Positions 40,422 through 54,923 of a stretch of 64,000 bases of DNA are shown here, piece by piece. The notes beneath the pieces are model-generated. The model saw only the letters and a list, made by a program, of their open reading frames with translations, was not told the origin of the DNA and made no database searches. This DNA is from the human T2T-CHM13v2.0 reference genome, Homo sapiens. Each line of letters opens with the position of its first letter. Position 1 is the first letter of the stretch. The position numbers and the translations under genes were made by a program. The stretch lies in assembly GCF_009914755.1 (NCBI RefSeq), contig NC_060925.1, one strand, 5' to 3'.

Positions 40422-43418
40422 CCCAAAATGTTATGCTACACAGAATGCAATTCTTTTCATTGATTCTCTTAAAATCTGAAACCTGTAGCACAGCCCCTTT
40501 GTGGGATGTGTCATTCCAGCTGTTATGCACCAGCTTGTACACCCACCAATCAGATAATTTGCAAAAGCTCAGATAATGTGGAAATTATTGGAATACTGAA
40601 GCCTGCATGTTGATGTAAGTATAGGCAAAGGGAGATTAACATTCCTGAATCCTCAGTTCCCACGAAACATCACACTCTCTCCCAAGTAGCCTCTTGCTGA
40701 ATCGGGAGGTGGTGGCCAGAGGTTCTTTCATCTGCTATCCAGTTAAACTGAAATTCAGACAAGAGAACAGAATGGTGTGGGGGAGTCGGCTGGCTGTGAA
40801 AGAGAGCTGTTGTTGCAGCTCCTGAACCCAGAGAGGAGGAAGGAGAGAGAGCTGGGGACCCCAGTCAAGGCTCGAGGGCCCCTCCTGCTGCACTGCGAGC
40901 CTTGCTGTCCCGGCTCCCCAGCCTCCACTCGTTGTGGTCCCTGCAGCACACAGTCTGCTGGCCAGTGGCTGGGGAGATCCAGGCACGGCTTCATCCTGGT
41001 CTCCAGAAAAATGAACTCCCTAAACAGAAATGGCATCTCTCTTTTCTATGCAGCAACTCACTGCTGGCTGCTTCTTCAAGCCCACTCCCAGCGCCTCTGG
41101 GGCATCTACCCTGTACCCATACTACTGTGACAGCTCAGGGCAAGGGGAAAAACGGCAAGCATCTGTGGACTCAAGGATCACAGAGCTTCTCACAGAAAGA
41201 AGGGATGGAACATTGCTCACGATTAAGTGGACTCCCAATGTAAGTGCAAATCAGAGTAAGGGCAAAATCAGTAACCTGGGTTGAAAGTGCAGAAGGTCCC
41301 TGGCCAAAGCTTCTGAGTCTCCCAGGACAGCCCTGATCTCAAATATTCTTTCCCCCAAAGCCGCTGAAAGGTTCCATTGTTTCTGACATTTAGGGACACC
41401 TAAACACCATCTCTCCGATTGCCTCTCACTCCTGGAAGCCGCAGGCTTTCATCTTTCAGACAGTGGCTACTTTAACTTGGAAACAGTGGTCCCTGCCACT
41501 GAGGCCAGTTAAGAGTGAACTTTTATCTGCAGTGGCCAGCGATGTCCCTAGAGGAGAAGAAAAAAGGGATGGACATTAGCTGAGAATTGCAAATGATGGC
41601 TCTCTCCACAAGGGGAATGATGGGAGCCAGAGGCCGAGGCCTGAAAGTCGAGGATGTGTTCCCCAGCTTCGTAGAGGCAGGGGTTTGTGGCACGGTAGCG
41701 TGGGGAGGTGACAAGAAAGGGAGCTTGGTGTAAGCTGATGATGTGGGGGCCTCAAACACCCAGCCTAGCAGGGCAGACTTGATGCTTTATGCTGGTGTCA
41801 TTGGAAAAACCTAGTGTTTTCCCAGATGTTCACAGATGTTCCATGAGGGATGGGGGCTGGATCCCATTCTCCATCCTTCCTTGTCTCATTCTGTTCCCTG
41901 GAAGTCTGGCCTCTACCATGTGATCTGGACTCTCATGCCCTTTGGCTTTGGGTTGGGTTCAGTCGGTATGAGGGATTGAGAGAGGAAAAAGCCAGCGTAT
42001 TTATTCCCCAGGCTCCTTGCCGCCGGGCTCTGCTCTCTTCCCTCCTGGTAGAGCCTCAGGTGGGAGCAGCTTCCCTCTGTTGCCAGTCCCCGGGTGCCTC
42101 ATCATCCCCTTGCCGGTTTTCTTGCTCTATTCACACTTTTGTTTCCTGCCAGGATCCCAGTCAAGTAAATTTGGGGGACTCGCCTGACAATTTGCCAAGC
42201 TTATTAGCATCTCAAGGCTCCAAAAAGTCCTGCTGTAAAGAAACTCTTAAATTTTGTTTGGTCTACAAAATTGTTTATTTTTTTTTCATGGAAAATATTC
42301 CCTGAAATGGAATTAATTTTTACAGAGTGTAAGAAGTGCCGCTATAAATGAAGGGTGATTTGAGGAGGGGAGTGACAACCTCAAAGCAATGCTTTAGGAA
42401 AAGTAGTTTGACAACTGGGAAGGATGGATGAGGAAGAACAGAAACAGGGAGATCAGAAAGGGGCATGGGTAATAGTCTCAGCACGAAGGTGTGATTTGGG
42501 TCATGGTAGTGGGAAGGAAGGGACATGAACAGGCTCTACTGGGCCCCTTCACCAGTCCCCATAAGGCTAGACAGCTACTGCGGCCTCCAGCAAGAACAGA
42601 GCTTCTGCCAATGGCGAGTTCAATGATTCAGCACTCATATCCTCCTTGATTATTATTTTTATCATCAAATTTTATTTTATTAGAATTCTTATTAGGAACA
42701 CTCAGAAAATACTACCTACTACGCAAAAAGTGGACAGGACCTAGAAGTAGAATGAAATCTGCTCATTAAATACAATCAACTCTTTCTCCCCAGTGGTGGC
42801 ACAAGTCAAAAATAGAACCCATTTTGATGAGAAAACTGCAGATTTTAATAACTGTGATGACATGTTATTAAAGAGGAATTAGAATGCTGAGGAGTGTGTT
42901 TTGGAGGGCCATTAATAGACCAGCTACTGGTCTCATGTTAATGTGAAACTGCTTTTTTCTCAAGAACCTCCTTGGTCGAGGGTCTTAATTTATGAGGTTT
43001 TGTGTCAGTAGAACTTGCCATATCCTTCAATAAAACTAGTACTGCTCTATTCTCCTGACAAACTCCAAGGACCAAAGTCGTCCCAGCAGTTCCTCTTTGT
43101 CTTCTGTAGGTATTGCATCATGGCCCGGGAGACTACGCAACCACTTCTGGCTTCCTGTGTTCACATTTCTGCTTAATATTTTTACCCTAATTGAACTTTT
43201 TCACAGAAATCCAGAGATAGAGCTGAGAACCCCAGGCCTCCCAACAGACGTGTTGTTAAGGTGGTATATAATCAATTCTCAATTATTTTCAACAAGGAAA
43301 GGAAGCATTAGAGCTGGTACCAGAAGACTACAGGAAGCCTGCTCAGCAGGCTGGAGTCACGGAGGACTCAGGGGCCAGGCACACACGCTGCCGGCACTAG
43401 GAGTTCTTGATTGGGTAA

Positions 43419-43926
<508 letters not shown>

Positions 43927-44114
43927 AAAAAGATCCCTCTCTAAGTGGTTTGGATCCAGGGGATACAGCCTTCCTGGAGAAGAGTGAATGGCTTTTGAAG
44001 ACACAATGGTTATCTCCAATACCCAGGAATAGTCATGGGAAAAAGAGAGAGGGCTTCTTCCCTGCAGCTCTGAAGAGGGGCTTGACAAATGGTCAAAATG
44101 CTAGAGTACTATGA

Positions 44115-44405
44115 GGCCAGGTGTAGTGGCTCACACTTGTAATCCCAGCACTTTGGAAGGCCTAGGCAGGAGAAAAGCTTGAGCCCAGGAGTTGGAGACC
44201 AGCTGGGTAACATAGTGAGACTATGTCTCTACAAAAAAAATCTTAAATATTAGCCAGGTTTGATGGCACCCACCTGTAGTTCCAGCCACTGAGAAGACTG
44301 GCAGGAGGGTCCCTTGAGCCCAGGAGTTCCAAGTTACAATGAGTTATGATCTCACCAATGCACTCCAGCCTGGGTGACAGAGTGAGACCCTGCTTTAAAA
44401 GAAAA
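44115..44405 (+). mobile_element. AluJ
   Basis: gcttgagcccaggag in both arms; gagttatgat. Confidence 0.9.
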
Positions 44406-44409
44406 TAAT

Positions 44410-44632
44410 GCTATGGTACTATGGACTCTGGGTGATAATATGTCAATGTAGGTTCATCCACTGTAAAAAATGTACCACTCTGGTGGGAGATGTTGACAAC
44501 ACAGGAGGCTACTCTGTGGAAGGGGCGGGGAGGTGCATGGGCAAAGAGAATAGAGGAAATCTCTGTACCTTCTGAATTTTGCTGTGAACCTAAAACTGCC
44601 CCCTGCAAAATAAAGTCAATTTAAAAAATTAT
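44410..44632 (+). mobile_element. L1MC-type 3' end
   Basis: ctatggactctgggtgata...aaatgtaccactctggtggg...tttgctgtgaacctaaaactg...aaaataaagtc. Confidence 0.85.
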
Positions 44633-45235
44633 AAACTTGGCCTCAATTTTCACTGAACTAAAGAAACCTCCTGGTACCTGTGGCATCTCTCAGAGGGTTG
44701 ATGAAAACAATAGCGCAGATCTGACTTATCACTGGGAGTGGATTATGAACTAGTTTCACCCACATTTCAATAGACAGCAGCTCTTCTTAACTCTCCCAGG
44801 AAAAAGAGGGTAGACCTCTCCAGTGATCTCAAATGCACAATATGGCAAATGTCAGTGTAAAAAACAAAATACACAAGTCTGTTTCCAGAGAGTCTTTTAG
44901 TACCTAAATGCATTTAACATCTTTCTTTGTCACGGAGCCTGTAGAGTGGTCTATTCCATTTTTCTCAGGAAAAGGGTGGATCAATTTCCAAATTCCAAAT
45001 CTGCATATCGAAAGGGACTGGGTGAAACAAAAAATCTGATCTTCACAGAGCTCTTCTCAGTGGGAGCTAAAAAGTGTGTGGGGGCTGGAGGGCTTCATGA
45101 GTCAGTTCCAGGCTATTAGGTAATTTATTGTTTGAGATCATCAAATGCCACACTCATATATTAGTCAAAGAGATATAAACATACCTACACACACTTCCTT
45201 TTTAAAAGAAGGAAGGATCTGTAAACAGACCTCTA

Positions 45236-45730
<495 letters not shown>

Positions 45731-47559
45731 TCAGGGGACATAGGTTAAACGACCTCCCATCAACTCTTCCAAGCTTAAGATTTCATGACACCCCCTCGTG
45801 TTCCCACCACCTCACATCTGCAGAGTCACCAAGAAGAAAGAAAATCCCTTGAGTTGTGGAGAAATGGTCCCAAGGAAACTGGAGTCAGCAACAAGGTAAC
45901 TGCTGGATGAAAAGTGAACGGACCGTGGGCACCAAAGAAACAAAAATAAAATAACAACTGCTGGATCATGCGGTCTTTATGCCTTTCCATTCGAAAGTCA
46001 ACGCATCTGGTAACTCACTCTTCTTCAGAGAAAACCCCAATTTATAGATATGGATGTTGATGCTTCAAGGGTAGACAGATTGCTAAAGGTTGAAGAGTGG
46101 ATAAGTATCCATGCCGAAAGAAAAGGAAAGTGCTCTGAGGCTGTGTTCAACAGCCAAAACAGCTACTCAAGTGAAGTCATTGGAAAACAAAACAATTCCA
46201 CTGGTAGTTTTTCATCATGTGGACACAACAAGCCAGTGGATTACCCATTTGTTTTCCAACCAGGTAAAGCAGCATCGTGTGGGATATTTTAAGTCAGCTG
46301 AGCTCACTACATGGCCTTCTAGCCACTGAGAGCCGATCTCCCAGCCTGAGTCTCCCTATTCTTTTCCAGGGGCTGAATTGTGATTCACCTGGAGGGTTGG
46401 CTGCTTGGAAGTCAAGACTCTGTAAACCAGGGTCCCAGACGCTTTGTGGGAAGGAGTGGCGTTCCTTCTCCTGAGTCCTGGTGATCCTAGAGTGGTCTGG
46501 GGAGAGATGTATCGACCTATCTGTGCCAGGCTCAGCTGCGTGCCTGGCCGAGTAAGGACAAGATTGGAAGCCACTGCTCCTTTCTGGGATTTTGTGGAAA
46601 ATATCTCACTGTTTCCCTTTATGCAGCCCAGAGTGCCCTAAACACCTTGATAGTGGAAAAGGTGGGCTAAGCATCTCGTATGTCCCTCTGGCTAGCTCAT
46701 ATCTTGGAAGGAACAAAAATCAATAGAGATCTGATGTCCAGCTTGCCCGGAACAACTCTGGAAGGAGTTTCCGAAGGCAACAGTAAAGGAAGCTTTGCAG
46801 GTTTGTTAGGGTGATGAAGAAGAGGGACCCAAGGGGGGCCTCATTCTACCCCATCAGAAACCAAAGTCCTCAGGGAAGGAAGGAGAGCCCGGAGGTACCT
46901 GGGCTTATCCTCTGCTTCTGCCTTCTCTGTGGTCTCTCTCGTCACCGAGGGGGCTCTGCAGACTCTTCACTGAGGCCTGCCTGGGCTGCCATCTATGCCC
47001 ACGGGGAGATTCTACCTGGATTAAGTAGAGAGCTTCTAAGAGCTGCTCTGTATGTTTTCAAGAGAAAAGCAAGCATGTGGTAGAAAACATGGAGAATATG
47101 TCTCATAAACAGGATCAGGGGAAGGGCAGGGGGAGAGAGAATGGTGATTAGCTGCCTGTGTCTTGCCAATTATTATATGCTCTGTTTATGTTTTCAGCAA
47201 GTGATTTTCCATTCCTGGTGAAGTGGCCGCAGTGAGGGTCACCGGGACTATCCCTCAGGCATCAGGAAAAATACAGACCCAAACAGAAGCAGTGTCTGCC
47301 CACGGGCCAGCAAGTGCCGAAATATCACGGGTCCTGTTCTGATGAGGGGATCTCCTCCCTTAGGTATTTTTAAACATGCTTGTAATCCTTTCAGAGCTGA
47401 ACATGAGGACTTGGGTGATGCCTGATCAGCCAACGTCTGTCTGAAATGGGACCGTGTGGGCACTCCTCCCCTGTCTGCTGGGACACTGTCCTCACCTGGA
47501 GTTACTACCCTTTAAGATGCTAGCCTGGTTGACAGCAAAGGTGGAAATATTGTCCATTC

Positions 47560-47820
47560 CTCAGGGCAGCCTGACTTGATTTCCCCAGACAAGCTTCTCC
47601 CAACACAGCACACTTTTCCTTCATAGGACTTAGTACCATTATAACCAACCAATTAATTAAATTGGGTGCTTATCCATTTAACCTTTGCCTCTGTGCTGTG
47701 TTATAAACTTTTAGAAGGGAGACCTGTCCATCCAGTTTATCTCTGGCTACTAGAACAGAGCCTGGTGCCCAGTAGTTGTCCAGTGCCTACTTGCTGGATG
47801 AATGACTGAACAAATGAATG
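47560..47820 (+). mobile_element. L2 3' end
   Basis: ctagaacagagcctggtgcccagtag...tgaatgactgaacaaatgaatg. Confidence 0.7.
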
Positions 47821-47919
47821 GCATTATGGCCCAAGAGGACACTGCTACCTGGAGAGAAAGGATGCAGGCCCTGAGCCCACGGCTGTTCACTTATCCCCAT
47901 TCTGAATGGCACAGCAAGA

Positions 47920-48130
47920 GCAAAGGCTTAGGAATCCTACAGACTAGGATTCAAATCCCACTTCTGCCCTTTACCAGCTGTATGATGTTGGGAGAGTTTT
48001 CCTGTCTCCGTTCCTCAGTGTTCCTATCTGTGAAGTCAGGGAGAGTGACAGCGGCCACTTCAATGACTTGTTGGTATAAGGTGCTAAGCACAATATCTGG
48101 CACACAGCAGGCGCTCAATAAACATCAGTT
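47920..48130 (+). mobile_element. MIR SINE
   Basis: ggattcaaatccc...cctcagtgttcctatctgtgaa...ctggcacacagcaggcgctcaataaa. Confidence 0.8.
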
Positions 48131-48230
48131 TCCTTCGAAGGTCCAGAAGGGAAAATAAATTGCACACTGGCAATAACTGTAGAAGGGTAGTTGAGAGGGT
48201 TTTAGCTAGAGAGGCGGCCCTTCTGGGAGA

Positions 48231-48299
48231 GACATCCAGCTTAGCATGTAGAGGATATCTAGATTAGCAAGTACAGGACATCTAGCTTAGCATATATAG
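48231..48299. repeat. Degenerate minisatellite, 3 x 23 bp
   Basis: gacatccagcttagcatgtagag / gatatctagattagcaagtacag / gacatctagcttagcatatatag. Confidence 0.85.
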
Positions 48300-48803
48300 G
48301 TCACGCATGAGCCAGGCCTAGAACTGGGGAAGATTGTAGCAAGAGCATTCTCACCTGTCCAGCCCAGTTAGTGGGGAACAAACTCCTTGAAAGAGATGAG
48401 GCTGGGTGGAGTCTTTTAAAATATGCACAAGAAGGATACAGAGCAGACGATGCTCATTTCACAAAGTTTGCAAACCCAGAAAGACAACCGCTAGTCTCCA
48501 TGTCCAAAGCACAGAGCTTGGCTGGGCCTTAGCCCTCTGGGATCCCCATGGTACTCTTCTTCCTACAAGCCTTGCTGTGACCTGGGTAGTTCCAACTCCC
48601 AGACTCAGGAGAGACAAGGAACAGGGGGATGGGGCAGGAGGGGGAGGTAGGAAGAGAAGGCGAGGCATGGGCACATTAGCAGGGAGCCAAGCAGGACAAG
48701 GGGTCAGAAGAAGGGTGGAGAGAGGATGCAAAGGATAGGTCTGAGGCTGGGGAGTGACATGTGACATGGAGCTGGACGTGTCATGTGTGATCATGCATCC
48801 ATC

Positions 48804-49084
48804 TTTTTTCTTTTAAGAGATGAGGTCTTGCTCTGTTGCCCAGGCTGGAGTGCAGTGCCATGATAACAGCTCACAACAGCTTTGAACTCCTGGGCTCAAG
48901 TCATCCTTCTGCCCCAGCCTCCCCACGAGCTGAGATTACAGGTGCACTCCACTATGCTGGACTAATTTTCTTTGTTTGCGGCAGAGATGGAGGTCTCACT
49001 ATGTTTCCCAGGCTGCTCTCAAACTGCTGGCCTCAAACAATCCTCCTGCCTCAGCCTCCCAACATGCTGGGATTATTAGACACG
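48804..49084 (-). mobile_element. AluJ
   Basis: gagatgaggtcttgctctgttgcccaggctgg...ctcctgggctcaag. Confidence 0.9.
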
Positions 49085-49664
49085 CATCTGTCCTTTAAAT
49101 ATGCATATTCTCTGTCCTTAAAATAGGGCTGGGAGCAGCTGTGGCAGTGAGAATACCGTCCCACTCATCCACCCACTCACTCCTTCGCTCCCTTAGCAGG
49201 CAGTTATCAAATCTTCACTTCATGCAGACAACGTGTTGGGGACAGAATGATGGGCAAAGCAGACAGTCCATAGCCTCCAGAGAGTCCACGGCGGGAGAAA
49301 ACCCTCCATATAACAGTCCTAGCTGCATAGACGCTCCATCCGGCAGGTGCTAAGAAGGGAAAGGAGAGGGGCTTCCAGCGGGCACGGGCTGGAGAGTCCA
49401 CCCCCAGTCTCCCCTGCTGCCACCTTTCTTCGGTGACTTCACTGTCCTGAATGGCCAGGCCTCTTCCTCCCTGAGGAGGGAAAAAGAGCAGAAAACCAAT
49501 GATCTGTGTGATATCTGGACACTGGTGATATCTGGGCCTCAGACCCAGAACAGCTGGGCCAGGCTTCAATGACAGGGGTCCAGGGATATGGCCCAGGAGC
49601 CCGGTGAGTTTCTGCCCCGTCCCACCTTCCCCAGGTGGGAATAACAAAAGTAACGCTGCTTCCC

Positions 49665-49815
49665 TGAGTGCTTCATGGAGTCCTCACAGACGAGGGCTGG
49701 TGGATCAGGAGTTACATACTCCATTTCATAGATTAGGAAACTAAGACCAGACAGGGCAAGAAACCTGGCCAAGGTTTCACAATTGCTCAGAGGTGAAGTT
49801 GGAAGCTGACTCAAC
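49665..49815 (-). mobile_element. MIR SINE
   Basis: ccatttcatagattaggaaactaagacc...ccaaggtttcaca. Confidence 0.7.
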
Positions 49816-49829
49816 AGCCCAGTGGCCTC

Positions 49830-50720
49830 CTATCCCCGGGTGCGCTGCCTCCGGACCTGGCTTCCTGGGGCCCTGGCCAGTTTGCTTGGAGGTTTCCCAG
49901 ACGCCCTGTTCGCCCTCCCAGCCAGCCACAGCCGAGTCCTGGGTGAGCCCATGAGAAGAGGCCCCAGGACCCTCTAAAGCAGGCACTGGGGGAGACCCAA
50001 GCAGAGTCAAATGCTGAGCTCTTGGCCGGGGGGCAGGAATCTCCAGCTCCCTCCTCCCTTTTGGCAGCAACAAGTGTGAGGGTTCCCCTCCCCCCGACCC
50101 CTATCCATTGTAGCAGGGCGCTGCAGAGCAGCTGGCAAACACAGAACCAAACACCTGTGTGCCAGATATTACAGCTGCATGTGTGAAACGCGATCCGTCT
50201 GCAGCGCCTGTCACATGGCGGGTCCAGTTGTTGCACTCGGGGCGGGTTGGAAAAGGAACCATGGGAGAGAACTTTCAGTGGCAGAATTTCAAAGCTCAGG
50301 CACCCACCGTCCCCTTCCTCCCACCCCCAGCATTTTATTCGCTCCTCTTTTTTGGCACTCGGCATTTCCGGCTGAGTTTGCCTTTCACTAATTCCCCAGC
50401 GGTGACAGTGCTGGGAGTTGAATCCTCCGCAGGGTGACACACACTGCACGACAATAATACAGCTACTTAGCGTGCTCCGAGGGCTCTTCATCTTCAAAGC
50501 AGTTGTTTCACGACTTGCTCCAAGGGCTGCACATCTGGCGGAAACGTTTGTGGATCCCGGGTTGGTGGGGTGCCTTCAAAGCTGGGGTGCCTGGAGGACA
50601 CCCAGAGACATCCTGCAGTTGGGCTTAGCACCTCCTCCCTGGTGAGGTCTCATCCCCGTCGCTGCCAGTGTGTCTATTCCAAAGTCTCGGGCTCTTCACC
50701 TGCTTCGCAGAGACATGTTC
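49830..50720. promoter_or_regulatory. GC-rich, CpG-retaining segment (candidate enhancer/alternative promoter)
   Basis: Visibly more CpG than the flanks; ETS-like cores (tttccgg, ggcggaaa), GC box-like ggggcggg, AP-1 TGACTCA just upstream near 49808. Confidence 0.4.
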
Positions 50721-51560
50721 GTTTTCTGCCAGAATCACTTTCAGGGCTTTGGTTGATGTCACCAATTAGCCTGCATATGGAAAAGGGGGAAAAATAGGAC
50801 ATTTCACAGGTGCTAAAGAGGGTGGGAAGGGGAAGGAGACAAGAAGAAAGGAACCAGTTGTTTCCGGATATTAACTCACAGAAGGTCTTTCCCCAGAAGG
50901 TGGCTTTCCCCAGAAGTGGGATAAAAGATTTTCACCCACTACCAGCTAGGAGGCATTTACCATGGTGGAACAGAAAAGAGGAAATAAAATCCAAAATAGA
51001 AAAGCATACCTCAAATATATCCACCTGACCTGAATACCACAAACTCCGTGAGACCTCAAATTTCTTGGGGTTTTGGACTAGCCAGGAAATAGGAGATTGT
51101 TATTACATGTAAGAGACACCTGTCTATCAAAACCAAGTGCTTTACACAAGTTATCCTGTTTATTCATCAATCAATCAAGTAACATTTATTCAGTCAATCC
51201 TCACTACAACCTTTTGTGGTAGTTTCTATTATTACTCCCAATTTACAGGGAAAAAAGTCAAGGTTCAGGAAATTAAGTGAAATTTAGTGAATTTGTGAAA
51301 GGTCCTCTAGATAGTAAGTTGGCAGAGAAAGATCTGAGACCAGAACAGAGATCTGGACCCCAAAGTGAATGAATGCACCAGAACTCTGGTTGGTTCTCCC
51401 CACGGTCCTAAAACACTAGGCTTGGGTGACGTCAGCGGGGGAGAGGGCCAAACGCAGATTGACGCACCACCCGACATGCTCAAAGGAGAAACCTCAGATT
51501 CATATTTTCCAAAGTTCTCACCTGTCTCTCCTCAACTTTCCCTTCAACTAAACACAAAAC

Positions 51561-51812
51561 ACATCATGAAATCCCATCTCTACTAACAAAATACAAAAAA
51601 TTAGCCGGGCATGGTAGCGCACGCCTGTAGTCCCAGCTACTCAGGAGGCTGAGCTGGGAGGATCACCTGAGCCCAGGAAGTAGAGGCTGTGGTGAGCTGA
51701 GATAGCACCACTGCACTCCAGCCTGGGTAACGAGAGTGAGACCCTGTCTCAAACAAACAAACAAACTAACTAAATAAATAAATAAAAACAAATAAACAGA
51801 TAAATAAATAAA
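51561..51812 (+). mobile_element. 5'-truncated Alu (linker plus right arm) with (AAAC/AAAT)n tail
   Basis: cccatctctactaacaaaatacaaaaaattagccgggc...gagaccctgtctc. Confidence 0.88.
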
Positions 51813-52663
51813 ATTGTAATTCCAGAAGTCATTTTATACGAACCCAAATTAGTTTTTTTACCTTTTCACTTTGAAAAAAAATTACATGGAAACTATGTCT
51901 GTTTGCCCCATCGTCCCCCTTCCTGCACGTCATCACCACCGTCAGCCCTGTTGCCACAAAAGGTGGCACTTTCTTGGTCCTGTACAGAATGTAATTTTCA
52001 CTTGCCCCTGGAAAATCAATATGGAAAGGCTCTAATTCCCCAGATCTCGATTTTTCAATAAAAAAGTGAAAATGAAACTCTGCGGGATTGCAGCCAAAAT
52101 GGTGCCCTGAGCCAACCGCAGTCTGGAGGGAGACTCAGAGTTTCAGAGAAAACACCAACTTTTGACATTGTTCTGCTCAGATGACCCATCAGATGGGAGC
52201 AGAAGCCAGTGTCTAGGGGTCTATGACATAGACCGGGGTCTATGAGACTCGGCAGTGCTCCTTCCAGAAAGGCTTCTCACTCCAGAGGGATTCGGGGCAA
52301 AACTCTGCCTGTCCCGAGGTGCTACTGAGGGCCGGGATAGTAACAGGGAAAAGCTTAACTTTGGACCCAAAACATCCATGAGTTAAAATTCTGTCTCCAT
52401 CATATTATAATGGCTACTTTCTGCTTAGCAGCTCTGATGATCTGATTTCGTCAACCCAAAGGAGGAGGAGGAAGAGGAGGAGAGAAGCTGAAGTTGTTGA
52501 TTGAGCTCTCAGCGTTGACATGAGGAGTCCATGAAACAATCTACAGGAAGGCACCCCAAACGAAGCCTGGCTGGGAGTAGACATTCAATAGGGTGCATTT
52601 CCTTCCTGCCGCCACCCCCTCTGTCCCTAGAATTGAGGTTGAACAACTGATACCCTTCAGTAC

Positions 52664-52857
52664 CTAGTGTTGTCAGTGGAGGGCCACAGTGAACTATTCA
52701 GTCCCCTACCCTAGGGCCTCCTAATCCCCCCACGATGGTGACAGACATAATGAAAGTGCCGTCGCCTATCTGCAGACTCTGTGACCAGACACCCTCCAAA
52801 GCAAAATCACCAAGGGCTCTTCTACAGCTCTTTCTGTGGCTGTTTTAACACTGACAC
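52664..52857 (-). ncRNA. Candidate internal exon of the minus-strand non-coding transcript
   Basis: Acceptor CTGCTCTTCTTTCTCAG|G (AG at 52859-52858); the donor is uncertain, best local candidate TAG|GTACTG at 52663. Confidence 0.25.
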
Positions 52858-53957
52858 CTGAGAAAGAAGAGCAGCCCCCAGCTTGAGACCTCATCCTGTA
52901 ACAGGAGCTGGGCTTCCTGGCTGCTGCTGCTGCTGCTGCGTGCCCCAGGACAGCTCAGCCCGAGCCAAGCGCAGTGCCTGCCATTAGAGTGCGAGTCCCA
53001 GGACGCTTGGCTGCTGCCACCTGATCCTGGGTGGGTCACGTAGCTTCTGGGTGCTTCAGCGTCCTCAGCTGTCGAACAGGTTAATAATAGTGAGGCATGC
53101 TCTGACCCAGCGCAGTGGGGTTTAGCCAAGAGAAGCCTCCCTGACAAGTTCAATGATGGGAAAAAAAGAGACGACATTTTAAAGAACAAAACCACATAGC
53201 ATTGAAGTTTGTTATTTCATGCTTATGTTCCTCTTGTGCCCCAAAGCAAAGGAAAGGGAATATTTAAGGTCCCCGAGATAACACACACCCACTTCTCCAG
53301 GTTTCCTGGTGTCTCTCTGTTGAATACGGCTCAGTCTTATGAGTTGCTTTCTTGCCAACCCCAGTAGCTTCCAAACCTGTGACCTGGAGGCTGTGCAGTG
53401 AGGGAGGAGGCAGGAGAGGGAAGGAATGGAGTGGAGGCTGGCTGTTGCAGGCAACCGCACAGGGTTTTAATGACTGCCCCGCCACCTCCACTTCCAGGTT
53501 CACCAAGACTCTATGCAATGGGAGAGGGGTAATTCCTCAGGAATTGTTATCATCAGAAAATGAAGGGATGGATTCTAGAGGGGTGCAAATAATTGATGCC
53601 AAGTACGATATAAAAGCATTGCTGAATTTTTTTAGGAAAACAAAAATAAGCAAACAAGTCTGCCTCCCCACACATGAATAGAACCAATTTGATTGACATG
53701 AAGAACTGGGGCCTTGAAGACAGTGTTTTCTGGCTAGGCATGGAGACAGGGACCATTGGCCACTAGTGCTTTGGGATTTCCTGAGTGGGAATGCCAGAGA
53801 TTACTAAAGATTCAGCTGAGACAAGAGCCTCCTAAGCCACACCCATGGAGTTGCTCATCCAACCTTATCTAACAGCAAGAAGTTGGAAACAACCTAAATA
53901 TCTATCAATAGAAAACTGACTAGGTCACACATACAATGCCATACTACTGTTCCATTA

Positions 53958-54108
<151 letters not shown>

Positions 54109-54400
54109 GCTACTAAAGAGAAAAAAAGAAAAAATAAAGATTCACACATAGAAAGATGCCCCCATAATATAGTATCAAGCAAAGAAATCAGTTTATATAA
54201 ATTGTATGATATTATCCCATGTAGGTGAAAGGGAATCCACACATCTACGTTGCGTATATATTGAGAGGTATCCTGAAAGATGTTTGCAAAAATGTTACTG
54301 CAGCTTCTTCACGGGATAAGATCTTGACTGATCATTTTTCTTTCTTCCTTGTTCTCTTCTGCATTACTTGACTGTTCCTTTCCTTACAAAGAGCACTTAC

Positions 54401-54500
54401 TTTTTTAAAAAAAGCACTATTAAAAATCCATCTCTGTAAGAAGTAACTTTCATCTTTTTATCTTGGTGGAAGTTTGTGATTGAATAGTGAGAAGGGCATT
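54401..54500 (-). ncRNA. Candidate upstream exon of the minus-strand transcript (5' boundary unknown)
   Basis: Donor AAA|GTAAGT with GT at 54400-54399. Confidence 0.2.
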
Positions 54501-54912
54501 GAACATCTTCTTGATCTTCCAAGATATACTCTGATTAATAGAGAATAAAGCCCTCTCTGATTTCCTAATATCACATAAAATACCAAGGAGAAGGAAAGTA
54601 AGGTAGGAGGTCATCGAAAGTATTTCCTTTGACTCTGAGAAATCCTCTGTCCCAACTCTCTTGCAAAGAAAACTAAACTAGCACATACCGTATAAGGTCT
54701 GTTTTTCCATAGCCATGTCCTCCCCCTTTTCCTTTAGCACTTTTGTTCAAACATGTATTGAACCGGTGGGATATGCAAGACCTTCTCTTGGGAACTCATC
54801 AGCTCGTCTGGGACCTATGCTTTGTTTCAGGCTTAGTACTTAAAACAGTCACAGAGGCCAAGGTCATGGTGAAGGAAGCTGACTACCCAACTGGGGTCTT
54901 CTCGTCGGTGGA

Positions 54913-54923
54913 GTGAGTCAGCA
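54913..54923 (+). promoter_or_regulatory. Consensus ARE/MARE-like motif
   Basis: GTGAGTCAGCA; nuclear-receptor half-site CCAAGGTCA about 50 bp upstream. Confidence 0.35.

Noticed and set aside
47198-47363. Possible plus-strand exon (ttttcag|...TAG|gtattt)
   Set aside because: The splice signals are moderate and I could not link partner exons. Such pairs arise by chance in 64 kb.
49811-50497. 228-aa minus-strand ORF, the longest in the window
   Set aside because: It lies in GC-rich sequence where stops are scarce and has no recognisable motif. It would need PhyloCSF or Ribo-seq support.
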